Made by a program: the position numbers and the translations under genes. From Laetmonice hystrix (Eukaryota), in assembly GCA_965235115.1 (NCBI GenBank), contig OZ249442.1:18600001-18664000 (forward strand): DNA of 64,000 nucleotides, read 5' to 3'. Below, piece by piece: positions 37,325-50,879 of the stretch. The notes beneath the pieces were generated by a model. That model saw nothing but the letters and a program-made list of their open reading frames with translations, did no database searches and was not told the origin of the DNA. The first letter of the stretch is position 1. Each line of letters begins with the position of its first letter.

Positions 37325-37986
37325 TTTTTTATACGATGACGATAGAGGTAAAATGGAAAAAGGGCCTTTTTGAATCCTTAGTCTTTTAAGTCAAAGTGTA
37401 TTCTGAAATTTATTTATTTATATATGCATTCATTTGCTTTTTTGTTTGTTTGTCCTCGTGAAGAGTGTCAGTTGAGATGATTGAAAGATGATGTCGCGGA
37501 TGTACACGCCTAAATAATATAAGCGCCAGTTTCAATTTGTATGTGGTACCTTTGAGAATTTCGAATGAAAATATTATTAACTTCCTCTTGAATTCTTCAG
37601 AAACCGTTTCAGTACGAAGTCGTAATTGATGTTTTTATTTTAATCTGATTTTAGAAAAGAAAATTCTATTATACATGGAGATTTGACCTTGAGATTACTT
37701 CGAGTTTCGTAATTCTGATATTCACAGCTTGGGCATTCGTTTTGTGCAGATGTAGATGTGAAGTCATCAGGGCCTCGCACACATTCTCCTCAGCAGCTAA
37801 TAATGAAGTTCCCTAATCTTATAATACCACAGAACAGAAGCAGTAATCCGTAATCTCACAGTTATCACCATTATTGTAGCATTAATTGAGTAAGATCAAA
37901 AATTTACATTTTTTACCTGACTGCGCAGACGCACTGTCAAATCTGTATCGCTGTATATGATGCATTATGTGTTGAATGGGATCCTG

Positions 37987-38031
37987 ATGAATATTCATGA
38001 GCCCAGAATCCAATGAGCCTAATTAGGCTCA
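37987..38031. promoter_or_regulatory. Adjacent perfect palindromes: ATGAATATTCAT (POU MORE-type dimer site) and TGAGCCTAATTAGGCTCA (CTAATTAG homeodomain core)
   Basis: A 12-bp palindrome at 37987-37998 and an 18-bp palindrome at 38014-38031, lying in a TAAT-rich 300-bp block. Confidence 0.55.
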
Positions 38032-41000
38032 GCGCCACTATATAGAGTTGGGAGAATCAGAGGCTGGAAATGCCTATTTCAGAGCAAACTCTATTATTAC
38101 AAATTACCATATCACCATTACTTACAAAATGTAATTAGGTCAAGGCCCAATTGTGGAAGTTGTACCTCAGTCGGACGGTCATTACACCTAATACCCAGCA
38201 GCTAATTAATGGTGGACCAAGCCGAACATCATGTAATTGTCCGTATTTGCCTATATAGAACAATGCCAAGTGTGCAAATGGGTCATATTAAGCTGTTCCT
38301 ATCACGGGAATCCCTCTAATGCTGACTGAGTCTGAGCTCATTTTTACATTCGATACTGATATTGATTGCCTTTTAGTTGGTAGAATGTTGTGGAGCTTCG
38401 CAGTGGTCACTGTCCGACCGGCGCATTATGATTGACTCCGACCATGGCTACAAAGTTCCATTGGTCTCACCACAACGTCAGTCGTGGCACCATCCTTGAA
38501 GGTTTTACTTTAACCGTTGAACGGGTTAACCCGTGGAAGATGGGGCATTAGTTAGGTAATGCCATATTTATTCTTTTAACTGTTTGATAGGAAGTGAAAT
38601 TGGAATGTTCATAAATCTATGTGGCACTTTCTTAATATTATTAGGCCATCCCGTGTGATTGGAATCTATTAGTTGTAGAGTAAGGTTTATGAAACTCCCA
38701 TTAAGCGTGGTTATTCATCTAATAATCTTCCTTCTGATCTGGATTGCAAATTATAAGTGAAACTCTAATGATTTTTTGATGGCACAGCTGTTCAAGCTTT
38801 TAAAGTTTCAAAGTTTCCCGGAAGGTTATTTTGTCTAAAGCAAAAATTTATGTCAAGCTAAACCAGAAATCTCAAGGTCATCGGTCGGGGGCTGGGGGGG
38901 GGGGGGGGGGGCTACGCCAGTTTCCAATTGTTGTAGGAGGTGAAAAGGTGGTATCAACTTGTGCCTGGGAGTGTCTGACGCCTGTGCTGGCTGTCCGGCG
39001 TCCAGTCGACACAGATACTCGGTATGCCTGTATTGGCCTCATCTGAAAGGTCACAAAAGGAGATGGACATTAGTGCACTGCTCCAGCATTGACCAGGCAG
39101 GTGTGAACTGGCCATGACACTTCGAATTGAGGTAGGGTTGTGAGGGGGGACCTGAAGCAGGGCTAATTAGGCTTATAATTATTGGTGCGGTTTAACGAGG
39201 GAGGTAGACAGATAGGGGGAAGAGAGGTCAGCCTCATGTCTTGTGGCTATCTCTTGTGGTCAACCACCAACAGAATAGTTCTAATTGCAGGGACATGCAT
39301 CTTTTACCCTAATGATTCACTGCCTGCAGGGATACGTTTTTATACTGTCTTGTAATTTGCATTGATCATACTAATCACAGGACTGCTTTTGGGCCAAGTC
39401 AAAGGTATAAGAAGATTGGTGATGTGATTGTGACTTAGCTAGCTGGAGGCCATCAGGAAGGTTAAAACGGCCATGAGTCCAGATTGAATTGGTCCAGTTG
39501 CATGAGGAGCCAGACTTCTTAATGGCCTTCACGTCCCTGTCCGAATGTCCGTCTACAATACAAAAGGATATGCGGGAGACATTTTCTCTATCAGCTTTCT
39601 GGTCATGCAGCATAAATTAGAAACGGAATCATTCATACAGCTGAAGTCTACAGAAAGTATAACTTTGGCGTGCCACATCAGGCATCTCACCCGGAAAGAT
39701 GACCTCAACCTGGTCATCCAGTGTGTCTGTATTTTGTGCACCACGGCTTCAAACCGTTCAAACGCTCAGCACCAGGCAGCGATTTTGGAAGATCTGGGAT
39801 ACATAATGATTTTGAAATATTTTACCCCAACCTATCAGGTGTTTCTAGTTTGTTAACTTCAAGTTTCAACTCCAAAATGGCGAGACCTCCGTAAAACACA
39901 GCACGAATACGGACTAAATTATTGGCAGAGTTGGGGACTGGGGGTATGAGTTAGAATTAGGTGCAGGGATTGAGGATTTCTGTCATTTTCCCGGCCGTGG
40001 GATGTCACCATGGGAGACCTAACAAATGGTATGTCTGTCCAGTTTAATAACGGAAGTTTTGTATCTTGAAAACAGTCATGCCCACATCCGAAACTTAATT
40101 TTGTTTATCAGACATTTGCCCCAGAAAGGCTTATTGTTTCTGTCTCATTAAAACATTTTGTCAGAGCGGGGAAAGGTGGGAAACTGTCCGATATATGTCA
40201 GTTTGCCTTGGAAGAGTGTGGGGGTAGAAACGCCAATAAAAGCATCATCAGATGTTGGTTAATCAACCATATAAGCAGGCAGGATCCCCGTCACTTGCCA
40301 ATTATCCCCCCGCAAGTCTGTGAACAGACTGTAACCTTGATTGCATATGGCTGTTGTCTGACCTGTTATGAAACTACCCCTTTTATGGGAGGAAGGATTG
40401 CTGCCACTCATTCCTTCACACCACAGTTTCCCAGATAATGAGAAGGATGGCATCTTTGTAGCTGCTGGTGGCCGGCATCTGCAATCAACGCCTACATCTA
40501 TCCCCTCTGACAAACAAAATCAGATTTCTTGGGGAATAAAAAATCGGATTTCTAGTGGCGCTGTTGGTGTAATTAAGCATCCCGCCCCACCAGTGACACG
40601 AAGAGCTCCCATAAAGGCCGGCCACTTTATCATAGTGTCGCCCAAGGCCTGCTCTGATGGAAGTTGGTGATGGTGGTGTGGGGCAAAGACAATGGGATTC
40701 ACCCATTGTGTAAACCTACGATGGAGGGCGAGTAGCCGCAGCCATTGTCCTGGCACCTCGCTCTGATAAATGGCAACCATTATGGGCAGCAGCATTAATT
40801 GTGCTCGATTGACGAATCCTGTTTGCAATTTACAGGTGGCAGAAAGGTTACATCTTTCTGCTGAGGTGTCCAGAATTAATGTACACTTTATCACGGAATA
40901 ATCACGTAAAAGTGTTTTGCCATGTTACATCGTCGCAAATGACCACTGGGGGTTGGTTCGGGTGCGATTGGACGAGCCGCCACCACATAACTGGGAGACA

Positions 41001-43416
41001 GTACGACATCGGACATCGCATTCATTTTCATTAAATTTTGACAGGACTGCTAAAAGGAACCTGTGAGTGGGTCCCAAATGAGATTAATTATTAAAGAGAT
41101 CAGGGAAAAGCAGGGTGTCCAAGGAGACGGGCTCAATGAATTCCCTTTTGCAGTGACCCTGCCCAACAAGCCCTACCCCCTGCACAATTGAGATCTATCG
41201 ACATATAAGAACGTTCTTGTTCTTCTAGCTGCTACATGGGCCTGTATTGTGCAGGCAGAGTTGAGAAAGGCCTGACCAGTAGGAGACATGACTAAAGGCT
41301 GGGCCAGCTTCTTCAGTGGCCATCAGTCAGTGCAGCAATTCAAGACATCCATTGTGCCGCAGGAGCAGAGATCATGATAGATGTAACAAATCCAACCCAA
41401 GCATAAATGACAGTTTGGGGCTCCCATTAACCAAAAGGACATGCACTAAACTTTGGGGGAGAGGACTTGCATAAATAGATATGGATTAAGATGGGAGATG
41501 AGGCTTTGTGAAGCTGGCTGGAACCTATTGATGTTTTTGACCGTCTGAGCAACCAAAATGCAAGATTTGAGGCGGCCTTCCCCCATTTTCACACTTAACG
41601 TTATAACATTCTCTATAAAGCAGACCAAATTTCCTTTTTAGCAGGAAATATTTGTGTAAAGGGTTTCACAAAAACGAGTGGATATTTTAAGCGGACGAGC
41701 TCAGACAATCGCCTGATGGCCAACAGGATTGCGTAGAGTATGCCGGTTTGATTTATAAGCACGGTTTGTAGTTGGGGCATGGTATTGACCGCCTTATGAC
41801 TGCAGAGAACACCATGAGCAACTCTGTCAGCGGGAGGGTGTCTACGAGATGAATGTCCACACATCGTCTTAGAGGCATTGTAGAGCAGGCTTTGCTGATA
41901 CCTACCTACAGGGCTAATAGACACAAGGCGTTCCCTGTGTACCTGTGGGGACCTGTAATTATTCAGCATATGATTCAAAGGGACAAGCTATTATTTATAG
42001 GCAGTCTTTTAAGAGGAAAGTTGGGCATCAACTGTCAGCTGAGCAGAGTTTGTGTGATAAATACCAGCAATTAGTCTGCGAGGCTTCCCATTGCATCTTT
42101 CTAAAGCTTTATCTTTCATTTAGGGCTCAGTAACAGTAACTGCAAGACAATTGAGAGACAACAGATAAAGAGCCACACGAGAGGAGAGCATGCAGCTTTC
42201 TTTAGAAGGTTTTTAGAGGAATGGTTAATGACATCTCAGTTTTAAATGGATTACTGAAGTCCGTAATGTAAGCATTAGAATTCTCGGCTAATAAGACTAT
42301 TTTCTGAGCACTCCTATTCATTAAAGGCTTTTAAAATGATTGGAAAATAATAACACAGATGATAATTATCCAAATCTCCTGACTGACTGCAGGAAGTGAG
42401 CAAATTAACGTTTTCATGCAGTGTAGTGCACACTATGTAAAGCAGAAGAAAAAAATGTCTTAGAAAGGGCATTGTGATATAATTTGAATACATGATTTCA
42501 CAATGCATTCATTAATGGACCGTTAAGTAGTATAAGAAATGTAATTCGCAACCTTAAGAGGCTGCATGGGCTCCATCTGCTGGGCTCCAGCTAGTGGTTG
42601 GGAGTTAATTAAGATAAGGATTCCGGTACCATGAAGGTAATTTTCCCAAAGCACAAATGATGATGTAAAAGCTTCCCGGCACCGTTAATGAGAATGATGT
42701 AATTAATATAATGTTTGTCATTTTTCATATGGCACCGCTGGTATGTGGCTGGCTCATAGAGCAAGGGATTAATGCCTCCGCTTCAAGCGCTCCTGACGTA
42801 TAACAGAAGCAGAGGATTAGATAAATGCTTTCAGCGGGAGGATAATTACAAGTGGATTATCAGGGTGATGACTATGAAGTAAATCTACCACTCCTCTCCC
42901 ATTATTTCAGTGGAATGCATTAGTCTCATTAAGTAGCGGAGACTAAGCATGAGGCAGGTGTCTGGCGCAAAAGAGCCCACAGTATAGCAACGCTCGGGCC
43001 TACAGACGGCCTGGAAATAGATACAAGTAAGAAGTACACTCGGCACTCTAAGCAGGCATGGAATCCAGTGAGCGCACACAACACCCTGTGGGTATGATTA
43101 AGAGATTAAGAGATTTACAAGCAATCCTATAAAAGGATTCAGTAATGACTTTGGATCCGTTGACAGGCATGCAAGAAAAAAAGCTTTGTGGTTTTCTCAT
43201 TAAGAGTCGGATACTCGGATATTCACATTCCGTATAAAACATGCTAAAACCACGCAGTCGTAGTGTCCACGTATTCGGAGGATTTGACTCTCGTTGCACA
43301 TAGAACGAGGTTTTATCAATCAGTTCGCTATCATTCCCTCTGAATTAGCCTAGATCTGTTGGGAAAAAACATTTTTGGGGGTTCAAATGGATAAATCATT
43401 TTCAAAACCGATGTTG

Positions 43417-43589
43417 CAGAGGTTCTCAACATTCTCCTCCCATGTGACCTTGTTCCCATCGCCTCAACGCCCCCTCTCCAAATCCCAATTCCAAAAATTC
43501 GACAAAACTACAAGAGTCCCAGCGCGCCCCTCCTCCAGAGCCCCACAACGTCCCCATAGGGACGGTACTACCCCAGTTGAGGACCACTG
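43417..43589. mobile_element. hAT (Charlie-like) MITE, 173 bp
   Basis: 14-bp TIRs CAGAGGTTCTCAAC and GTTGAGGACCACTG (12/14 match), close to the CAGTGGTTCTCAAC end typical of Charlie/MER-type elements, with the subterminal gtactacccca. The 8-bp TSD is not preserved. Confidence 0.65.
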
Positions 43590-44034
43590 AGATAATAATA
43601 GTGTTAGTAATGTACTTCAATACTGATAATAGAAATAGCAATGAATTTTATATTGCTCTCCATACTAAACTTGCTTACAAGCTGACAGGTGAACTAAACA
43701 TCCAAACCAGATTCATCATACCAGTTTGTAGTTCGGTGAAATGCAAGCAGTTGATGTTACCAAACGGTTTGGTTTGTATGTTCAACCTTAGGTGATCGAG
43801 GTTGGAGGAAACATAGACATAGAGGCAACATAGAGATTCATTTGGACGGTAATGTGCAGATGTTTACAACATGCTGAAGGGTAGAGACCCCTTGTTTTAA
43901 ATATCAGCAGGTGTTGATGGAGGGAATCGCATTAAGAACACCAGAAAAAATGGCTCTAACCATGTTGACTTGTGATCATCTGTTTCCTTTTAAATGATTT
44001 CATACAAAGGAAATAATGCTATGTCGACTTCCAG

Positions 44035-44280
44035 ATGCAAAACTTGACAGATTCCAAATGTGTCTGGTGCAATTGCCCTGGGAACTTTGTTGAAAAGTAT
44101 CCACATGCGGAAAGGTTAAGAGTTAATGACTATACTGTCAAATTACGTCAGGAGTGTACACGTTGGGGCACTAGGTGTGTCAACTTGTATTCTCAACTGA
44201 ACATTATAAGGTTTCACCCACCATTTGAAAAAGGTGCCCGTTTCATGTATAAGAACAAATTCCAATGGAGACTTTGGTAA
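44035..44280 (+). pseudogene. SGNH-esterase-like relic, possibly LINE ORF1
   Basis: The ORF reads RLRVNDYTVKLRQECTRWGTRCVNLYSQL...FHPPFEKGARFM, resembling the SGNH C-terminal block (N..L.E.....V.FVDL...DGLHP..KG). No splice context. Confidence 0.35.
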
Positions 44281-45039
44281 AATACCATTATTACTAAAGT
44301 TTCAACAACAGTTACGGTGATTTTAAATCTTTAATTATCAAAATGATTTTAAAATAATTTATATCGGTGGGTGTTTCAGCAAAATCAGTAGCACTTATTG
44401 ATTTGTCGGTTCTTGTTAAATTATGGGATATGTTTTTAATCTAAAATGTTGATAGGTCTGTGTTATAACGGTCAAAGACATTGCGAAAAAAGGTTTACGT
44501 TTTTCTTTTGATATACTTAGTCTTAGATCTGCCTTGGGAGTCTGACCTAGCTCGCTCTGAGACGTAACCAGCAGTGTTTTTAAAGGTCACAGGCACCCTA
44601 TAGCTGTCATGCGCTCATTCGGGGGTGCAGTATTAGTAGAAGCAGACGTCTATGGTAGACAGAGGTGCCAAACACCGCCCTGCTGTCTTTACTGATTTCT
44701 CACATATGCACTGTCCTTCATAATTCGATTTAATTCTGTTTCCCTGAAACCGCCTTTAATTTCTTCTTCCCCCCAAGGTGTTGAATTTTAGATTAATTCC
44801 AACCATCTTGTTTCGGGTCTAGCAGTTGGAAGTGTTTACAGCACTAATGGAGTTTTGCGTTGCAGTACTAGGATGTGTATTCAATTAATTCTGATGAGAT
44901 GCACATTTATAAATGTTTCCAACTTGATTCCCATAGCCTGGAGTGTTTGGTAGCTCTCTGATTTCTTAACCAAACGCTGACGGATCTCTGCCTGCTGTTG
45001 AGTACTGTGACCTATTCGTATTCCTCTAGATATGTCAAT

Positions 45040-45190
45040 GCCTCAGACATTCTGTAGCTTCATGTTTATTTCATTCTGTAGCATCAACTATATTTCAGAA
45101 CCCTAGACATCTGCAGTATCAAGCACCTTAGCCTCGTAAAATACTGTCTTCATAATGCATGGGAGAAAATCGGTATCCGTTGTCAATGTG
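45040..45190 (+). mobile_element. Possible pogo/Tigger DDE transposase relic
   Basis: Reads LHVYFIL*HQLYFRTLDICSIKHL...HNAWEKIGI, resembling LP..TH.LQPLD...KP and AW..I. Weak. Confidence 0.25.
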
Positions 45191-45591
45191 GTGAGTACAG
45201 TTTCAAATTCGTCATATTTCTCAAAATGAAACTATCGAGAAAATAATCTTCCGCCTTTTAATGCTATTGCGATGTATCAACAATTTGTTTTGCCCTTTGT
45301 TGAAGCTAAAGCTGTTATGACAAGTTATCTTAACGATTCATGGTTAAATTCACAATGTCTCGACAGTATCTAATGAGTCTATGCAGTCTTGTTAAGAGAT
45401 CTTTCATGTGAAGTTTTCAGAAGGTAAGATTTTCTGTCATTATGTATGCCTTCCACGTTCCAGTCGAGTCGGGTTGCCTTGCAGCACTGAGGCAGAGAAA
45501 GTCGATCTCAGCAATGTCCAGTGGGCAAAGCAGGGTTACAATGATAAAGTTCTAATGAAGTTGCTGATGTTGGTTGTGAGGATGGCGGTAG

Positions 45592-45908
45592 GGGTCGGCA
45601 GAGGTCGGCATATGACAATTGTGAGAGATGTGGGTATGCTGATTGGCTGCTTTCGGTCCACTGCCCCTGCCATCCCAGCATGCAGCACTGAGGCGCAGAC
45701 CTGTCTGGTGGAGCAGTAATACCCCTACCCCGTGGGAGATGGCCACGACTGCCTGCCCTGCCTCCATGCGATAACTTACTGCCACTTAGTTTATCATCAC
45801 AAGGACTTCCTTCATTAATCAATGTTGTCACTATCTGCAAGATAAGTTCCTGTGTCCGGCCAGTCTGGGCCAATACTGCCATGTCCTGATCCCGACCTCT
45901 GCTGACCT
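45592..45908. promoter_or_regulatory. Inverted pair of DR4-like nuclear-receptor elements sharing the spacer GCAG
   Basis: GGGTCG-gcag-AGGTCG at 45592-45607 (+) and AGGTCA-gcag-AGGTCG at 45893-45908 (-); 14/16 identical as an inverted repeat. Confidence 0.35.
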
Positions 45909-48399
45909 TTGTGTCACTGTTTGATTAACATTTTCGACTTTCAGTACACTCTCAATTAACAGCAAGGCTGCTGGTTTTAATCAAAATTCATATTGCGGTG
46001 CCAGTCGGGTTAGGGACTGGGCGACCAGGGAGCATGACAGGGGGCGAACCATGATCTAGCGGGCCGAACTGGACCTGACAGGTCTGATGAAAGCAACGTG
46101 TGCTCGGTTACATCACCATGGCGATGGGCTAACGAGGGCCACACATTATGGTAGTCATCTGGGCACAGGTACGGGCAAACTTCGTTAGGCATCACACCAT
46201 GACCATCACCACAGAAACAAGCGGCTGATGGGGTGCTCTCCTGATTCTGGCGCCCCACAATGTAACATCCACCTCAAATTGATTAGAAATGTCAGTGGTA
46301 CTACGTTGCCCCTTTCCACTGTGAATTACGCAGCCACAAATTGACTTTTTCGCTTCGATGCTTTCAATCCATATTCCTCCTTGTCAGTTAACTCCTCTGG
46401 AATCATATGCAAACCAGACAGGGTACCATCGAAGCATGAGTGTTATTGCCAAACGCTGTATCACAACGGGTGAGAAAATCTTGGCATTTCGGCATCCATC
46501 CATGGCCGACGGCCCTCGGTCCAACATCAGGGAGGCCAGGCTGTATTATATGGACCCATCCAATGGAGAAAAATAATCAATACCCACGGATAGAGACTGA
46601 GAACCAAAGATAATAAGTCTGATACTTAGACCCGTCAAATGAATCCTGGACTTTCGGGAGTCCCATCGATACAGCTCGGTCCCTAGAGATTCACCACTCT
46701 TGTCCCGGATGAAAAGCAGGGTGGCTAGGAAGGGGCATCTTTATGGTAGTTAAAACTTGGCCACGTAACTGGATGTTGATAATGGCAGAATGGGGATCAG
46801 GGTAGGTTCGATCCCAGACCTGCCGCCTCCTACTCTTAAGAGGCTCACTTGGGGCTACACTAGGAGATAGGGGCCCATAAACTGGCCCTCAATTGCAAAA
46901 CAAAACACTGACTCCTGGCCTAAAATATTTTATCATCACCCTACAATTCTAGAGGTGTCCAAAGGCAGCCGTTAATCTTTCGTGAAATAATTTTTCTAAA
47001 TACATAAAAGTATCCAGATCTATGCCAAATTATTCTTTATTCCCGTCAGAGTTCAGAAGGTGCAGATGGCCCATCTTTTCACTTTTAATTCAACTCGGAG
47101 TTAATTTCATAGTCATTGAATGGTCTTGTAAATTTCAATAAGAATATATGAAAGACAGGGATGTTTGAGTCTTTCCTAGAGTGAAGAAAGTGTCTGAATC
47201 TTTGGTTGCCTTCACTAAAGGTGAAAACCCAGAGCAGTTCATGACCAGTGTCTGCATGGAATGCCCGCCTTTGTAATGATCTAAGTAATGATAGCGCCAA
47301 AAGAGGAAAACAAAGTAAAACCGGAGGGACAGACATGCAAATCGTCAACCACAGAGTTCGATGCTTGATGAATCTTTTATGGTTGTTGGTAATTAGCCTA
47401 GATTAGTTGAGCATGATTAATGCCTGGCTAATAGGAATAGAGACAGTAAGCATGCAAAGGTTACATCCTTGGCGCATCATCTTTACAGGTAACTGCAGCT
47501 TGAAGGAGATGTGTAGATCTAAACCCTTGGGGCGCATGAATATAAAACGAACGAGTGAAATGGGGATTCAGTGTTTTTAATGACATAGTCCATGATTAGA
47601 CGTACAGATTTACAGAACAAATTGAGAATTTTTAAGGGGAAATTGTTTCTGTCTTGAAATTAAATTCAGGTTCGATTACCATTGATACCAAAACATGATT
47701 CTTTTGGAAGTCTTTTGTGCGTTCCATCCTGTGTGTATTTTTGGTATTTTGTCTTTGATATTTTTATTTCTTACAAAAGGAATCTCGGAATGAGATTAGG
47801 ATTCACATACTTCCCCGATAGGACCCCCCCCCCCCCACCCTCCCCCAGATGTTATGAGGGAGAAGTGATGAAAAGTGATCTTGTCCGGGTTGCACACTCC
47901 TTGGTAGTAAACGCCAGCGTTTTCGATGAGCATCAAATGACTACATAATCAAGTGACAGCAAAGAACGTCAAATATACCAGGGTATACGTTTGTCATAAC
48001 ACCTTTTATTGCCGATCTCTGATTCACTCCAGGTAGTGATCTTCACCATCCCTATTACCTTTTCTTGGCTGATGCGGACCTCTGGCTACAGAGGGTGTGC
48101 ATGCAGTTCATTTGTCTAGCTACTCGTGTTTATTGTCACTGTGCAGACAACGTGAAAAATAGCTTTCCAAAGTGGCCTCAGCAGTAATTGTAACTCATCT
48201 TCGTGAAGAAACCCAGCAGCCCACACACTATTCATGTAGTCCCTGCGGAGCCCAGCAGGATCACCCATTTAATTGTCCCCAGCCCACAAATCAGGTAACC
48301 CTATGCGAAGAAAAGAAATCACCATATTTGAAGAATAGATCGGAATTACGTGATGCCCCGCAGCAATGTCTATAAATCTGTGACTTGACAAACAGAAAT

Positions 48400-48630
48400 C
48401 ATAAAGCAGGGAGCGGACAAATTCTGAAATTATCTCGTGGCTTGCCGGCTTCCTGATGCCGCTGCTCGTCTTGATTAAAAGCAAAATATGTCGAGTTTTA
48501 TGAAGAATCCATGATGGCTGTCAGAGTCGTCTCATCGGTGAAATTTATGGAATCACCATTGATCATGACTTTTCCTGGGTGGTCTGTAATTTGACTTTGA
48601 TTTTTGTAATTTTTCTTGCAAAATCATTGC
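48400..48630 (-). mobile_element. CR1-type LINE RT C-terminal fragment
   Basis: The minus strand reads KITKIKVK...KVMINGDSINFTDETTLTAIMDSS, resembling KTK.M...I.ING..IE.V.ETKFLGVIID. Confidence 0.35.
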
Positions 48631-50879
48631 AAAGAGGGCAGAGACCGCCGTAAATACGGCGTAATCTGTTTCCACATTGCCTGGCAACCAACTCATATCA
48701 GCTCAGGCTTCACAAGGACACGGGGCCTACCTCTGACGAAATGGCTTACACCACGTACGGAAAGAAGTATAAATTAAAGTCAATCGTAATTGGTTTTTGT
48801 CGAAAGGACATCCCCTCATTGATTGCGATAACAGCAGTTGGCAGACAGAGGCATCATAAGCCGGTATTGCCGCAGCTCAACAGTTTCCTTGTTGGCTGTT
48901 TACCTTTAATTTGAATTAGAAATTGGACAGCAGACCTCTGAGGGTTTGAGGTCTAGGGAGACTCACCCTGTGTCGATGCTGCTACAATCTTTTGCCATTC
49001 CTGAGCAGGGCACATGCTCGGTCTTGCATGAAATTAATCGACGAGGACTCCATCTTCAGGGATCGAGACTGGTGTATTATCAGTAGCTTTAAGATAATTT
49101 ATGGATGCATGGACATGTTCAACTTGTGTCTCTTATCAGCGCCCACATAGCCAGGCGCAAACATCTTTCAAAAATCATTGCAGCTTACTTTGTCAGTCGA
49201 TCAGCACAATTATGGTGGGTGTTCCCTGATGAACAGCTAAGTACAGACAATTAAGAAATCTCCCCCATGACTTGCAGTTGAGAACTATCTGACTTTGTCC
49301 ACATATTTTTTCGGCTGTGTTTATCTGTCTGCCTAGACATCAAAGAGCCCTATTAACACCCATTCCCAGAGGGGTTGCAGTCCTTATGGGGAGTCACATG
49401 ACCTAAATCCCATCAGGCCTGCTAGCCACTGGCCAATCAGGCTACGCTCTGGACATATGGTCATCTCATCCCACTTCTTAAGATGCACTGCCCACCTTAA
49501 ATTGAAGGTATTTAATTATGCATACCTCAATTGTTGGAAGCCTCATTTTTCTGCTAATCCTGCCCTCTTGTTAGGTCCCGGAAGCATTGGCACCTCCCAC
49601 TGACCCTTGGAGAGCATCGGTTACCTGATGGAATCTGAGGTCCTTGCAGGCCATCGACAGATTGCACCTCCTTGTGTAATCAGTCTACACTACCAGCTTG
49701 ATGAAACATAAAACTTTAATCTGCGCATTCTGATCCCCTTCTGGTATGATCAGTCCTGTGGGAACGGCACACTTTAATTGTCGACTGGTAACCAAGCCCC
49801 CAGGAACCTAAGGCCAGGAGAAGATAAAGGGTGTTTTGTGGATGAGCTTTTTTTAAGTTATCCACTAGATTAGACCCAGTGGTTCACTTCAACGGTTAGG
49901 TCGTCCGCATTGTAATCCAAGGGAAAGTAATCTGTGTTAAAAAGTCAAATAATAGATCCCTGACTTCTGATAATCTTCAGTTGGAATTGATCATTCTTCA
50001 CTGTATAAGTCAAACAATATACCCGGCGGCAATTTCTCCCGGACTTAATGTCAATGTTGATGTGAATGTTACAATTTATAGCTTTTTTAAGGGAAGAGGT
50101 GATATATTTGTTTGGTTGATTGATATTTCCTGGAGGCTGTTTGTTTGGTTGTTCGGTTCAGTGTCTGCTCCTGCCTCATATATATGCATGGAAAAGCAGG
50201 CCATCAGTGGTTCTTTTTTTGTAAAGCTTACGTGCATTAACATGCTATGAAAAAAAAGACCATCAAGCAGCCAATTTTATGTGCCATCCGCTGCATGGCA
50301 TTTCTATGATTTCTGTGCAATAATGCGGCAGATGGACAACCCAAACCGTCTGATATTAGATTTCAGATCGTTGTTGTAATGTTTTCCTTATGAAATATGA
50401 ATAGTTCAAAGGAGGTCGAGTCAGTTTTAGGTGTTGAGATGTACGGGCTGTATTTTCATAAGAGGACAGACATATGACACCTTTGGGAAAAAAGACCTAA
50501 TGCACATGTCAGTTGCTTTCTGCGGTGGAGATTATCGGGACAAGACGCCTTGTGTGAAAGGCCTCTAGGAGGTGTTGTGCCATTGATGACAGCGTGCAGA
50601 AGTTAACAAATAACACTGGTGTCTGAAGTGTGCTGCCGGAGCTGACGGGACTTGAGTCTAGAGGGGGTAGCCTCCATTTGCATGAGAGTTAAATCCATCA
50701 ACAGAATGAAGCAGCCTACTTACAGCAGGCCAAGCATTAGGGAACCATCTACATAAAACACCAAAGGAAAACCTGCCACAGTGCCAGGCTTCCTCCCCAT
50801 CCTCGCGGTTAGATGGGGTGCACTCATAACTCTCCTATTGTTTTCATTCTATTAAACATTTAACGCATGCAATTAGGTC

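Noticed and set aside
44580-44759. TTAA-flanked AGG...CCT segment (Kolobok/piggyBac-like MITE); a similar segment lies at 28771-29061
   Set aside because: Only 2-3 terminal bases are inverted-complementary, and TTAA is frequent in this AT-rich DNA.
46800-46820. tRNA B-box-like GGTTCGATCCC
   Set aside because: No A-box at the proper spacing and no cloverleaf; at most a SINE scrap.
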